A program made the translations under genes and the position numbers. A stretch of 64,000 bases of DNA from Blasia pusilla (taxonomy: Eukaryota), in NCBI GenBank assembly GCA_050084515.1, contig CM114271.1:42160001-42224000 (forward strand), in the 5' to 3' direction. The notes below the pieces were generated by a model. It made no database searches. It had not been told where the DNA came from and saw only the letters and a list, made by a program, of their open reading frames with translations. This document shows positions 10,722 to 23,313 of the stretch, in pieces (the stretch's first letter is position 1; the number at the start of each line of letters is the position of its first letter).

Positions 10722-13700
10722 TCAAAGTGGTTTGTTTAAAATACTTCGAACTTCTTTGAGGAATAGAATTGGTTGGTGGACTCCTACTCCTACCTCCGAC
10801 TCTCTTAAAACTACCAGCAACACATAGTACATGTGTTTACAAGGGAAATACCTTTTGCCACTTGTCTCTCTTTGGACAAAGTCATCACATGAACATGTGG
10901 GAAAGCAACAGATGTGCACCACATACACCCCTGTGACACTTGAATTTACAGTGTTGTTCCTGACCCAATACATCCTTCCTATTCCATTGCCACTCAAGAC
11001 ATCTTTCATGGCGATGATCTCCATTTTTGCCTCCCGAGTTGATGCAATTCGCTTTGCTCTCTCCACCGTTGGCCTGCACATTCTGTTTCTCTTCACCCCA
11101 TTTCTAGACTCAAACAGAAATAATGGATTGAGATCATCCACCTTCTCCGGGTACATGTTGACATCAATCTTGGGTTGAATACGAAATGCGAAGGTCTCTG
11201 TAATGCGAACATGCTCCGAACTTCCCCCGTCTACGAGTCTGAAACCGGCACTTGTAAGATTGTCCACTTCGTCTTGAGTGTAGTTCGTACCTACGGCGAT
11301 GGGCCAAATCGTTGGGGTATTCCCGGGAGCTCCAATGGCAGCCGGATAAGACTTCTAGAAAGCGCAAGATTCATTTGGGCAGAAGTACTTCAATTGATCC
11401 CCGGTCCTCGTGAAACAATCAAAGGTTTTGAGTCCCCAAAACCGAGGCAGTGGTCGTCCAGTCCTTGTACAGTTCTATTTAGGAAAGTGCCGCATGCTCT
11501 CCTAATGCCATCAGATCCTGCCCTGCAGGTGGGTCCACGTCCTGGGTTGCTCCGAGATATATGCCACCGTTTTAGGTTGCAATCCACCTCCATTACCGGA
11601 ATCCCATATTGTTGAACCACCCCAGTGACAGGATGTTGCGAACTTCCAAGAACGGAGGGCTTTTGAAATAAAACATTCACTGATTTTGGAGAAGTAACTC
11701 CATCACGATTTGGGACGGGTCCGGGGTTCCCGAATACCTGGGCGGTGTAATTTCCTCATCCAAATCAATCACCGGATTCGTTCCTCGATGCTGCCTCTTC
11801 ACCTGCCTGAAGTCAAGATACTTATCTGGTCTCCACGAGTCTCGCTCGGACTGCTCTACCACCATCTGTATGGGACGTCTTGAAACCCGCCCACGAATAT
11901 CCCCACCAATGTATATGTCTTGCTCGAGTGGAGTTCCATCTACGCACCGGTTGAAGGCTTCCACATACATTTTTTCATCACCAGATCTCACAGCCGCCCT
12001 GACATAGAGCTCGTAGATCGACGGCCCCTTTCCTTTTGTTATGCCTTTTGTGAGGAAGATATGGGATGCTGTAGATTGTAGCATTGCTCTTGCCTGGTCT
12101 TGTTGGCATGCCTCCACAAGTGAAATTCGTTGGCATGCTTGTGACGACCTCTAGGAGGAATGAACACTTTCTGCTCCACTTGTGTTGGGGCAGAGGGCAT
12201 TTTCATGAACGTTCAATCCCTGCAACGACGGAAATGTTAGAAGGGAACGAAAATAACTCAAGAGTCAAAGAAATAAGCGACCTGTCGGAACCAGACGGGT
12301 TGCAGGCCCGAGGCATCCCATGAACGACTCTGCAACCCAACGGAAACCGACGTGTTGTAATCTTAAACCCACCTACTGCAACCTGTCGGAACCAGACGGG
12401 TTGCAAGCCCGAGGCATTCCATGAACGACTCTGCGACCCGTCGGGTCCCGACGTGTTGTAACCTTAAACCCACCTACTGCAACCTGTCGGAACCAGACGG
12501 GTTGCAAGCTCGAGGCATTCCATGAACAACTCTGCGACCCGTCGGGTCCCGACGTGTTGTAACCTTAAACCCACCTACTGCAACCCGTCGGAACCAGACG
12601 GGTTGCAAGGCCAAGGCATCCCATGAACGACTCTGTGATACGTCGGGTCCCGACGGGTTGCACACTCGGGTTGCACCAAAAAATCTGGATGCAATCCGTC
12701 GGTTTCCGTCGGGTTGCACACTCGGGCAACCCGTCGCATCCGACAGCTTGCTTGGTTTCTTGGGTTTGAAATCCATATAGTTCCCACGCTTCTCACCGTG
12801 AGCTACAACTTTACAAACAATTCTCAGCGTGAGCTTGACAAGACAAAATAGTGAACTCACCTGCCGCATGAAGTTTCCCCATTGTCTCATGCGTACAGTC
12901 CACCAACTCAACCAAGAGCACAACTCTTTGTACTTCCCCTCAATCGCATGCTTCCTCCACCACCCATGAAGTTCTTCCTGGCATTCCATGGCCTGCTTCA
13001 AGGTTTTGCTATCCTTGCAACGTTGGAGTAGAGTCACATGCTGTGTCCTCTTATTCTCCTTGATGCAAGATTTGGTGTACCGGTCACTGATCGTTGCCAA
13101 TGGAAAGCATCCGACCTTTCCTCTCCGGTTGAACCTCTCCACCCGAGAACACTTCCCGGATAGCAATCCACCCAGGTTGTGCATTGTCCGCCATGAACCC
13201 ATAAATTTCGGAGGTGGCCTTTTGTTTTCCTTCACCACCTCCAATAAGAGTAACCAACATATCTTCAAACCGCCAACGTCTTTCGCTTTACTTCACAGAC
13301 AAATATAGTTTTGAGTCCCTTCTCCACATGGTCATAAACGTGAGCAGCCATCGTCAACCATCCGTTCAGCACTCAGAGCAAATATCAAAGCTTACCCAGC
13401 TCCCGTAAAGATCTTCCCCTTCCCTCATTCGATCTATAAGATCGAGGCCACTCGACGGACCTGAGGTTGACATTTTTAAGACATAGATCCTGGATCCCTC
13501 GCCTCCTTGGCCCATGAAGCGCCATCTCTCGAATGAATGGAAATCTGGAGTTGGCCTTGATTCGCGATGGCATCCATTTCGGCCGTCTTTCCATCCGAAC
13601 TCGTGTTTGACGCAAACAAATTCGAAAGCATTCGGGATCAGCGAGAAATGCGAGATTTTCCCAGTTGTTTCTCCTCAACCGTGATCTCGCCTGTCTAGGG

Positions 13701-14859
13701 ATTTCAAGAAATTTTTCACAAATTTGTGATGCCGTTAGAGCTTGATCACTCCGGGCTTTGAACCCGGAGAGTTTTCAGAGACCTCGGCTACTTTCTTCGC
13801 CACATCCTCCTTGATGTGTCTTTGAATTGCATCGGTCACAGGATGAGTGTGGGAGCCAACATGAACTGCCAGCCTTGTATACTCTGACGTGGAGCCCAAG
13901 TCGTGGACAATGAAAAATATGTATGCATGACACGCTCCAACGCAGAAGGGCGATGCCTGACAATGAGGACATCGATGGCCTCCCGGCCGTATGGTGGCAC
14001 CGACCTCGTATGGAGTTTCTGCATTCTTGGGAGGGAATTGCGACGTATTGACTCGCCCGTTGCGCTCTAGATACAGGCATGCTGGACTTCTACACTACAA
14101 GGCTCCCACGCATTGGCGGCGGGAGATAATCCAAGGACCATTTGGAATTGAAGCACTGGTCCGTTGAAGCCTGCACCATCGATGACAATCAGACTTTCTG
14201 TCCATACCCTTCAGGCATCCTCCATCCTTCTTTTGAGCAGGAGCAGCAAGTGGAGGCAACTCAAAAATGCAATTACCATCGTACGTGGGCGGTAGCTTGT
14301 CGACGAGAATGTGCTTGAACATTTTCAAGGCCAGAGACGAAAGCAAACTATTGCCTGCTACTCGCAAGAGGAACGAGTAGGCGGATAGAGGGCCTGATTG
14401 GTGTCCGACAGATCCACTGAGGTTGATAACATCCGGAATCTCTTCAGGAAGAACAACATTGTTACGAGCATGTGAAGTTGGAGTCGAAGCCGGATATGCA
14501 GAGCTTGGAGTTGCAAACGTAGAGCTCGGAGCACTAGGAAATTCTAGACCATCTACTTGGGAAACAGACCAATTCAGGGGCAGGCCGTAAACTATGTATT
14601 GACCATTTGCTAGAGGTAGGAGATTCCATACTTTACGGTCTGAGGTCACTGGCTGGACCGTCTCACCTATTATGTCTTCCGTACCGTCCACCCTAACATC
14701 TTTGGATACAAAGATGGTTCCAATTTGGAGAAGAAATCGAAGACAGAAAATTTTCATCCTTTGCTATGAAAGACTCACGAGCTTGGGGTCGAATGATTTA
14801 CGATTGAGGAAGGGTCTGCCAGGATGAGCGCCACAAGTGAGCTTAACATAATTATCCAT
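10722..14859 (-). pseudogene. MULE-type DDE transposase with N-terminal GCM/WRKY-like Zn domain and C-terminal SWIM finger (stops, frameshifts)
   Basis: Manual translation: CVGAL*CRSPAC...CPHC...C...HVGSHTHP (about 14112-13820); WVSFD (~13385); GFMADNAQPGWIAIREVF...AFHW (~13200-13100); NTSGAESVH (~12170); CSCDDF...FPCKH SWIM (~10895-10830). Intron 12860-12220; probable short first exon from ATG 14859. Confidence 0.85.
12277..12750. repeat. Palindrome array in the transposase intron, with ~103-bp tandem units
   Basis: Repeated CAACC(T/C)GTCGGAACCAGACGGGTTGCAAG...GACCCGTCGGGTCCCGACGTGTTGTAACCTTAAACCCACCTACTG. Confidence 0.9.
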
Positions 14860-15039
14860 TCCAAGAAGATTCCAATGGGAGGAGACGAGAATGAGAATGA
14901 GAATGAGAATTTTTAATTTATAGTGAATAGGAAAATGATACTTCGATGATTTTTCTTGACAAGATGAATTCGGTGGGTGACATTTGCGACACAATGGATC
15001 CATTCAGAACACATTCAATTCTGTTGCAATATGTTACCG

Positions 15040-15760
15040 GATTTGGGAAGCAGAGGGTTGCGCATCACACTTGGAACTCGTCGGAGTCCTGGTAACTCAA
15101 AAATTACCCGAAGCTAACCGAAGCCTGCAACCCGTCGGCTTCGGACGGGTTGCACGCTTCTGCCAAACATTGTCAAAGCGAGCAACCCGTCGCTCTCCGA
15201 TGAGTTGCTCGGATACCGCTCCTTCTTGCCCGAAGATGCCCGAGGCGTGCAAACCGTCTGTTCCCGACAAGTTCCGCGGGTGCCTCACCTATTTGCCCAA
15301 AGACGGCGAGGCGTGCAACCCGTCGCCCTCCAATGGGTTGCGCAAGGGCCTCGCCTTGTGGTGCAGCCACCCGAACTCCGACGACTTGCACGGGAAGCCC
15401 GCATTCTTAACCCTTGATGAGGGAAGCGTGCAACCCAACGGTCTCCGACGGATTGCCCAAGATATGTCCCGTTCCCGTCCCAAACACGGCGGAGGCGCGC
15501 AACATGTCGGTCTCCGACGGGTTGCGCGGGTACCTCGCGTTCTTTTCCAAAGACGATGGAGGCGCTCAACCCGTCGGTCTCTGACGGGTTGCTCGCGCAC
15601 GTGGCGACGTACCCAGGATGGCGGAGGCGCGCAACCTGTCGGACTCCGACGGGTTGCCATTTTTCACGTCCGGACTTCCGTAACCTCCGGCACGTCGCCG
15701 TCGAAAGGACGACGGGACCCAACGGTCAGCCCAACGGCTAGAAAAGTATAAATAGGGCAG
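15040..15760. promoter_or_regulatory. CpG-rich divergent promoter region with ~11 palindromes and a TATA box for the cargo gene
   Basis: Lies between the two head-to-head genes. TATAAATA at 15747-15754 is conserved in the outer copy (23575-23582, minus strand). Confidence 0.6.
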
Positions 15761-17176
15761 AAATCGCTCATTTCCGGTTTCTCATTTCGCGATCTTCATT
15801 CCTCACTCTCCCGCGCAGCAGTTGATCAGATACGAAGGGGCGTTTCACACGGTGACACATCGCGAGTCGATAGGAGGGAACGAGAGCAAGACGATTCGAC
15901 CAAACGACAGCGAGACGGTTCGACTGAACGATCGCAGGACGATTCGAGCTACCCATCAAGGCGATTCGAGCTCCCCATCTTGACATCAGCAAGGCGATTG
16001 ATCAAGGGATTCGTCATGGACATAGGTGGAGGCATTTCCGGAAAAAATGACGAGGAAAAAATCACAAGCCAACAAGTCTGGGAGCTTCACCCCGAAGTCC
16101 ATTAGGACTCCTGCTTCAGCATCTCCTGGGCCTCGTTCGGCGAATGAAATTAGGCAGCAGGAAATCGAGGAGCGGGAAAGGGAAGCGGAGATGCACAACC
16201 AAGTGCTTCTTGCGAGACGTGTTCAAGAGGCGCTAGATAAAGAGAACGCAGAGGCTGAGACATCGCAGGCCTTGAAGAAGTGATAGCCATTGACGATAGT
16301 CCTGCCCGTCCAACCGCAAGTGTTGAGATGCGGGAAATGTCCCCCATGAAGTCCGGGGACACAATCAACATAGTGGAAACGCCAGAAGTTGAAATCGATG
16401 ACGACGAGGTCATGAGGACCGCCAGCGTGGAGATGGTGGACATGGCCGAAGAAGCCGGAGAGCGGTCATTCTCGACTCCAAGCCCGGCGGAGGACATCGA
16501 CCTCTATCGGATCAACGAGTTCCCAGTCGATTTGCCAGCTTCTGTCTCAGACAAGTTAGCTGGTCAAGAAACCGACCCCATTTTTGAGCGGGTAAGAGAG
16601 GATATGGGTTTTTTGAATTATGTGAATTGCAATTCATTGGAAATTCAGTGTAGCTTATTCATCTTGTCCCGATTTTGACAGGTGGTAAAGCAGATGGCAC
16701 TCATGGAGGGCCACAACGCCCCGAGGATTCCACTCTGCCGATTGCGGACAATGGAATACGTCCGTGAAATTGAGTCCGATGAGGACATCGCGAAGCTTAA
16801 ACAATCAGCGGCGACAACATCCTACGTCGACAGATTTCCTCCCTTCTATGTTCAGCCTTACGACGAGCATGGAACCCAAGCTCTGGTTACGGAGGAGGAC
16901 TTGGAAAAGCTCGACACATTCTGGAGGATGCGAGACCAGGATTTCAGAAGGCAAGTTGAGGGCACGGAATTCAGCTGGATGAGGAATCTGCATTTCTTCA
17001 TCTGGGATGGAAATCACAGGTTCATGGCGTGGACCAAGTTTGCGGAGGAGTGGACCAACTCATTGGAGGCACATTTCTGCGTGAAGGTAGTGGTCCTTCA
17101 CCCATTCCCTCATCACATGGCGACGGTGGAGATGGCAATGCATGCCATCAACACGTGAGTATCTTTAACACTTACG

Positions 17177-17705
17177 CAACTCGTCGGACTCCGACCAGTT
17201 GCTCGATTGATGAATGGGTTAGGTTTGTTTTTGCCGAAAGCAACTCGTCGGACTCCGACGGGTTGCTCGACTCCACGCTTTTTGGATGTTTTTTTAAGAA
17301 TGCAACTCGTTGGACTCCGACTAGTTGTTCGATTGACCACAGATTTAATTAGTTTTTGGCCCAAAGCAAACCGTCAGAGGGTTGCTCGACTTGCCGCCTT
17401 GTCAGGATGTTTTTTGAAGAATGCAACTCGTCGGACTCCGACGAGTTGTTCGATTGACTGCAGGTTTAGAAGGTTTTTTCCCCAAAGCAACTCGTCGAAG
17501 TCCAATGGGTTGCTTGCCTCAAAACTGTTTTTGGCCGATATCAACCCGTCGGAGTCCGACGGGTTGCATTCGGAAGTTAGTTCCCCAAATTTCGCGTCAA
17601 ATTGCAAGTTTACATTCAACTACGCAATCTGTCGAACTCCGACGGGTTGCTATGTTCACGTTAATATGTTCAGTTGCACAACCCGTCGGAGTCCGACGGG
17701 TTGAA
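17177..17705. repeat. Palindrome array in cargo-gene intron 2 (inner copy)
   Basis: About 9 copies; perfect CAACCCGTCGGA-G-TCCGACGGGTTG at 17542-17566. Confidence 0.9.
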
Positions 17706-19301
17706 ACCAGGCATTAGCAAATCTGAATGCAATCCTCCGGGTGTGTCCGATCCAGTGATCTCGCACGGGCTACGCGAATGGTCATTCTGGGACGCATTTC
17801 GGGTTATCGGGAAGTCCGTGGTGGACGGTCTGCAAGCGGAGCTCAGAAGATTAGAGCCCATCCCGGATGAAGCAAACCTTGAAAGTTCTGGGGATTTCGA
17901 GGTTTGGCTCGACGACATCCGGGACAAGCCAACCAAAAACCCATGATTCAAGACCATGTTCAAGGTTTGCGTCCTCCCTCAAGCAGAGCTTGAAAAAGAA
18001 GTAGAGGGGAACAAACGGGATCAAGCCAAGAAGAAGCGAGATCTACAAGAGCAGACGGCCGATTCTGTTTGACTAAAAGCTGCCCAACGGATGGTCTTCA
18101 AGTACCTCGTCCAGTGTAAGAATGCAGGTACGTGGGGAAAATTACCGGTAGCCTTGAAATTGTGGGCTTCGCCGCCGGATGCAGAGGCATTCTCCATGTA
18201 CGACATGGAGATGGGATAGCACATGTCCGATTGGGAGGTGGAGAATTGCCCCATTTGGCTCGACTTCAACGACCCTGAAGACATCACCGATAAGAATTTA
18301 CGAGTGCTTCATGATGCAATGGCCTCAGGACAAGACGACATCCCCAATTTTTTCCAGCCTGAAGACTTCTTTGGCGGAGATGCAGAAGAGCAGGCCCACG
18401 AGACAGCTGAGTTGGCTTCCAAGGTCCGCACAACCAAAGACAAATCCACAGCGGGTCTCAAAGGCAAGGCGAGGGGAGGCAAAAATTCAGAGGCGGAGTC
18501 TTCCCAAAGAGAGGCTAAAGATTCAAGGCCAGAGGCGGAATCGTCCAGGCGAGCGGGGAGAGAGGGTTGGACCAGGTCCTCGGCAAAAAAAACCCCACCA
18601 GAGTCTGAGGTCATAGAGACCCCGACAAGCCGTCCGCAGACTAGGGAGAAGCGGAAGCGAGAGGTGCCAAGGTTGTCCCAAGGAGAATACAGTCCATCAT
18701 CCTTGGGAAGACATAGAGAAACAACGACCCGGACAAGCGTCCTCCTTCAGTTCACTCCTTTACTGGATGAGCTGAAGAGCTTCAGTTCTCAATCGTCAAC
18801 ACTAGCAATTGATAAATTGGCAATGCTGAGACGGAAGCTCCAACGAAACGGGCACGCTGCCTGGACGGTGAATGGAGTGGTCGAAGAGGTTGCGGTGGAT
18901 CTCTTGATCGCCGATCTGCCCTCGGGGTTGCGACTTTGGGGCAAGAATCCATCGGACGAGGTACCTCAGTGGAATGTGCCGCTCTTCTTATGACCAGATT
19001 GCGCTATTGTTCTCCTTTGCACACGCCTATCTGAGTGACAGGGGCTGCTTCTTGGTGTTGACTGGAGGGAGCGAGGACGAGCTCTTCAACCTCCAGTGCA
19101 TCAAGAGGTCGCTAAAGTGGAGGACGGCGCAATCGTGGATCATAAAAAATGAGTACCCACTCCGATCCGCGACGAGTCAGATTCGGGTAAAGCTCAATTC
19201 CTGTACTATAATTTCAATTATATTTTCATGATGTGTATAATGAGTTTTCATCTCCGTTGAGTGAGTATAATGAGTGTCAATCTCCGTTTTTTTTGTCTGT
19301 G

Positions 19302-19690
19302 AGCAACCCGTCGGAAGGCGACGGGTTGTTGGCTTAGCGCAGCCCATGCTCGACTAAGAGCAACCCGTCGGTTTCCGACGGGTTGCATCTCTCCCACATA
19401 CATAGGGAAAACCGCGGTGTACCTGCAACCCGTCGGAACCCGACGGGTTGCAGTTGCTTTTGGTTTTTCCCAATTGCTTTTGGTTTTTGGATGCAACCCG
19501 TCTAATAGCGACGGGTTGCTCTCAGGCAAGCATGGGCTGCTCTAGGCCAGCAACCCGTCGCCTTCCGACGGGTTGCTCACGGACAAAAACAACGGAGCCC
19601 GACGGGTTGTTTTAGTCCCTGACCAACCCGTCGGAAGGCGACGGGTTGGTCCGGGACAAAACAACCCGTCGGACTCCGATAGGTTGATCC
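19302..19690. repeat. Palindrome array in the MTase intron (inner copy)
   Basis: About 8 copies; TGCAACCCGTCGG-AAC-CCGACGGGTTGCA at 19424-19452. Confidence 0.9.
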
Positions 19691-22112
19691 AAAGTCAGTA
19701 ATTGAAAATGTCCTCAAGCCGACTTCTTTAGTTGCTGACATTGTTTCCAACGTGCTGATTTACAGATGGACCACTCCTACGTGTACTGCTTCGTTCGGCC
19801 GGAGCACAATTTCTAGGTGTTCAAGATCTAGGATCTTGTGGATCCATGCTCAGATGGGTACAACTTAGATAGTTTGTACAATTCCCCCCCGGGAATTTAC
19901 ATGCAAGACAGTACCCCACTTCTGGGAGGAAGGGAAAAGTCGCCAGCCCTGATGCAAACGCTCATCGAGCTCTGCTCAAGGCCGGGTGACTTGGTGTTCG
20001 ACTTAGTGGGACTTTCAGGGGCAAGTATCAAAGGCGCCTGGCAAAGTGGCAGGAACATTCTCGCCTCGAGGAAGGCAGAATCTGTTTGACCTTTGCAAGG
20101 AGGCAAAGGCGAATCTGAAAGGCTCGTTGGGGCACAACTCTCCACCAAAGCCGAGAGCTCGGTTTCCGGACCCATCCTTGGTAGTGACTCCATCGTCACT
20201 TCCAACAATTCCAAAAGGAGGGCAAGGCCGAAAGTAATTTTGCAAGGCTCGGACGATGACGAGTGAGTTCAAAGAACTCAACGACCAAAGCTTGACTTTG
20301 CAAACATTTGGAGTAGGGAGTTTTTTGATGATGAGGCAAAAGATTTCATAGAATAGATCAAATGTCTGATTCGAGCTTTTTCGGATGATATAAAGCAGAA
20401 GATTTTTTCGAACGATGGTGGTTCTTGTAAAAGTTTGCTGAACATTTTTTGTCTTTTCAAATGTGATCGTCTATGTACTCCACGGACTTCTATTTTGCAA
20501 CCCGTCGGATTTCTCCTGCTTGCAACTTTTCACTTTTGACCACTTGCAACCGTCGGATTTTCTTTTGCAACTTTTCACTTTTGACCATCGCACCTTTTTA
20601 CCACTTCCAGGCAACCTATTGGATTCTGACAGGTTGCCTAATCGGACTCTTTCCCTGTTGGTCCAACTTAAGAGGCAGTATGGCGGGCTTCTTCCCTTGG
20701 CACCTTCCCCTCAACTCGTAAAGGCAGGCTTAGGCTTCTTTTCTTCTCTCAGACATGTTGGATTCCTACTACCTGTGCGATTGCCATAATGGTATTACCG
20801 GGGACGGAGCAGATATTGATACTGGATGGGTGTCACATTGTAGAGCGTACAAGGTATACTGCCGAGGAAGGCGGTGGGACTCGAATCATGTTACATGGGA
20901 CCGTTATGGTGTACCTAGGGGGGGGCCAAGGCTCTCGAATTCGCCAACATTTTCGATCCCCGTCTACAATCGGCCAGAGGAGCCACTTGTATCCCAGGAC
21001 ATTCCTTTGGTAGTGTCACCGAGGAGAGTTAGGAGTAAATTTGTAGATGACGAGGCTGAAGAAATCATAGACTAGGTCAAATGTACATTTCCGAGGTTCC
21101 TTCGGAGGTAATAAAGGACGAGATTTTTTCAACCCATAATGGTGTTTGTAAAAGTTTGCTGGAATATTTTTTTGGACTTGTGGATTGTGTTCTTTTAGCT
21201 ACTCAGAATTACAATTCTGCAACCCGTATGATTCCAACGGGTTGCAACTGTTTGCTTTTTGCCCACTGCAACTTTTTTACCATTTCAGGCAAGTCAGCCG
21301 GATTCCAACAGTTGATCGCTTGAGTGATCGGACTCTATCCCGGTGAGACCAACTTCTGACGCATTGTGGTGGGCTTCTTAACTTTTGGCTCGTTCCCCTA
21401 CATTCGTCAAACCAGTTGTAGGCTTCTTCTCTGGTCTAAGATGTGCAGGATTCCTACTACCTGTCGGATTGCCATTTCGGATTCCCAGCCTGTTAGATCG
21501 TCGTGGGTGCAGGGTGGAAGAAAATCACTTCTAAAAATCTTTCCTTTCTTTTGGTGAGCTTTCTTACGGGTTGGGAGGGGTGCAGTTTCTAGGTTTCTCA
21601 GCCTTAGGATCTTATGTGTTCACATTTCACAAAGTTGGTCTTGAGCAGACACTATTCATAACCAACAGAAAGTTGGTTATGGGGCAATTTAGGGGAGGCC
21701 ATGATCTGAGGCAAAATCCTCGCAAAAAGAGAGGTTGGCATCCGGGTGGTCCTCCAACAAAAATACCAAGGGCACTGCTTTTTGTTGACCGAGACAAGGA
21801 ATGTTAAGAAACTTAGGCTCACATAGAGAGTGATGGAAAAATGTTTGTAGTGGTCTTATGATGTCTCCTTTTTTCTCGTCCCTAGGAAAGAGGAGGTTTT
21901 TTTAGGGCCAAATGTGGACCACTAAATACTCTCTTCTAAAGATTTCTTGAATTTGAAAGCAAACAAAAACTTCAAATATGTCAAAAAGTTTTGAAGAGAG
22001 GAGGCGGATTTGGCCCTTTTTTTTTAAGAGAGACTCTCCTCTCTTCCTCTCTTCCTCTCCTCTCTTACTCTCTCCTGCCAGAATACCAGCCCCCCAACAA
22101 GAGGAAACTTAC

Positions 22113-23313
22113 GTGTTCATGGCATGCATGGCCATCTCCACCATCGCCATGTGATGAGGGTATGGATGTAGCACGACTGCCTTCACGCAAAAATGCGCCT
22201 CCAATGAGTTTGGGTGCTCCTCTGCAAGTTGGGTCCACGCCATAAACCTGTGGTTTCCATCCCAGATGAAGAAATACAGGTTCTGCATCCAGCTGAATTC
22301 CGTCCCCTCAATCGCCCTTATGAATTCCTGATCTCTCATCCTCCAAAATGTGTCGAGAGCTTCCAAGTCCTCCTCCGTAACCAACGCTTGGGTTCCATGT
22401 TGATTGTAAGGCTGAACATAGAACAGAGGGAAACTGTCGGCGTAGGATGCTGTCGCTGCGGATTGTTTCAGCTTCCCTATATCCTCGTCAGACTGAATTT
22501 CGCGGACGTACTCCATTGTTGGCAATCGGCAGAGTGGAATTCTCGGGCCGTTCTGGCCCTCCGTCAGTGCCATCTGCTTTACCTCCTGTCACAACGGGGA
22601 CAAGGTCAATAAGCTACACTGAATTGCCAATGAATTGCAACATGGGCCTTCACATAACTCAAAGAACACAAATCATATATTACCTGCTCAAAGATTGGGT
22701 CGGTATCTTGGCCAGCCAACTCCTCTGGGACAGCCGCTGGCAAGTCCACTGGAAACTTGTCGATCCGATAGAGGTCGATTTCTTCTGCCGGGCTTAGAGA
22801 TGAGAATGACCGCTCTCCTGCTTCTTCAGCGATGTCCACCATCTGCACGCTGGCGGTCCTCATGACCTCATCGTCCGTCACTTGAACTTCGGCCGTTTCC
22901 GCTATATTGATTGTGTCCCCGGACTTCATCGGGGACATTTCCTACATCTCAACACTTTCGGTTGGACGGGCAGGGCTTTCTTCAATGGCAATCGCTTTTT
23001 CCCTCAAAGCTTTTGCCAATTCTGCTCTCCTCACCGACGCGTCCAGACGCTTCTTTTCATGCTTTTCGTCGGCGATCCTTTTCTTCAAGGCCTGCGATGC
23101 CTCAACCTCTGCGTCTTGTTTTTCGAGCGCCTCCTTTACACGTTTTGCAAGAAGCTCTTGCTTATGCATCTCCGCTTCCCTTTCCCGCTCCTCGATTTCT
23201 TGATGCCTTATCTCATTGGCCGAACGAGGCCCTGGAGATGGTGACACAAGAGTCCTCATGGACTTGGGAGTGAAGCTCCCAGCCTTGTTTGCTTGAGATT
23301 TTTTCCTCGTCAT
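22113..23313 (-). pseudogene. ParB-MTase cargo gene, outer copy, 5' exons (23313-22684 and 22585-22113; ParB/Srx domain)
   Basis: MTRKKSQANK...; second exon with YFFIWDGNHRFMAW; in-frame TAG at 22942. The gene continues at 9613 once the inner element is removed. Confidence 0.82.

Larger units (their letters stand above)
16047..20266 (+). pseudogene. ParB/Srx-domain + DNA-methyltransferase-fold cargo gene, inner copy (exons 16047-16591, 16682-17154, ~17733-19186, 19766-20266)
   Basis: Charged coiled-coil N-terminus; RIPLCRL...VREI...DIAKLKQS...PFYV...FFIWDGNHRFMAW (ParB/Srx DGxHR signature); AVDLLIADLPSG; EKSPALMQTLIELCSRPGDLVFDLVGLSGAS. Intron positions match the outer copy. Contains stops, frameshifts and a ~0.7-kb deletion at about 17733. 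Confidence 0.82.
10317..22094. mobile_element. Inner copy of the MULE-like ParB-MTase transposon (11.8 kb, opposite orientation to the outer copy)
   Basis: 9-bp TSD CAACAAGAG at 10308-10316 and 22095-22103. Starts GAGGTGCGGTAAGAG and ends GAATACCAGCCCCC. Removing it restores intron 2 of the outer cargo gene. Confidence 0.93.

Noticed and set aside
14984-15751. 255-aa ORF and other ORFs with repeated CNPSESDGL / QPVGLRRVA / ATRRTPTGC peptides
   Set aside because: These are translations of the palindromic DNA repeat, open in several frames on both strands and lying in promoter or intron DNA.
16047-20266. Bacterial or phage contamination, or a prophage, as the source of the ParB-MTase
   Set aside because: The gene has GT-AG introns conserved in two copies and lies within TSD-bounded elements inserted in a eukaryotic gene.
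4677-22094. A single giant element with multi-kb TIRs, or an assembly-induced inverted duplication
   Set aside because: The two arms are clearly diverged, and each copy has its own TSD; nested insertion explains the layout.
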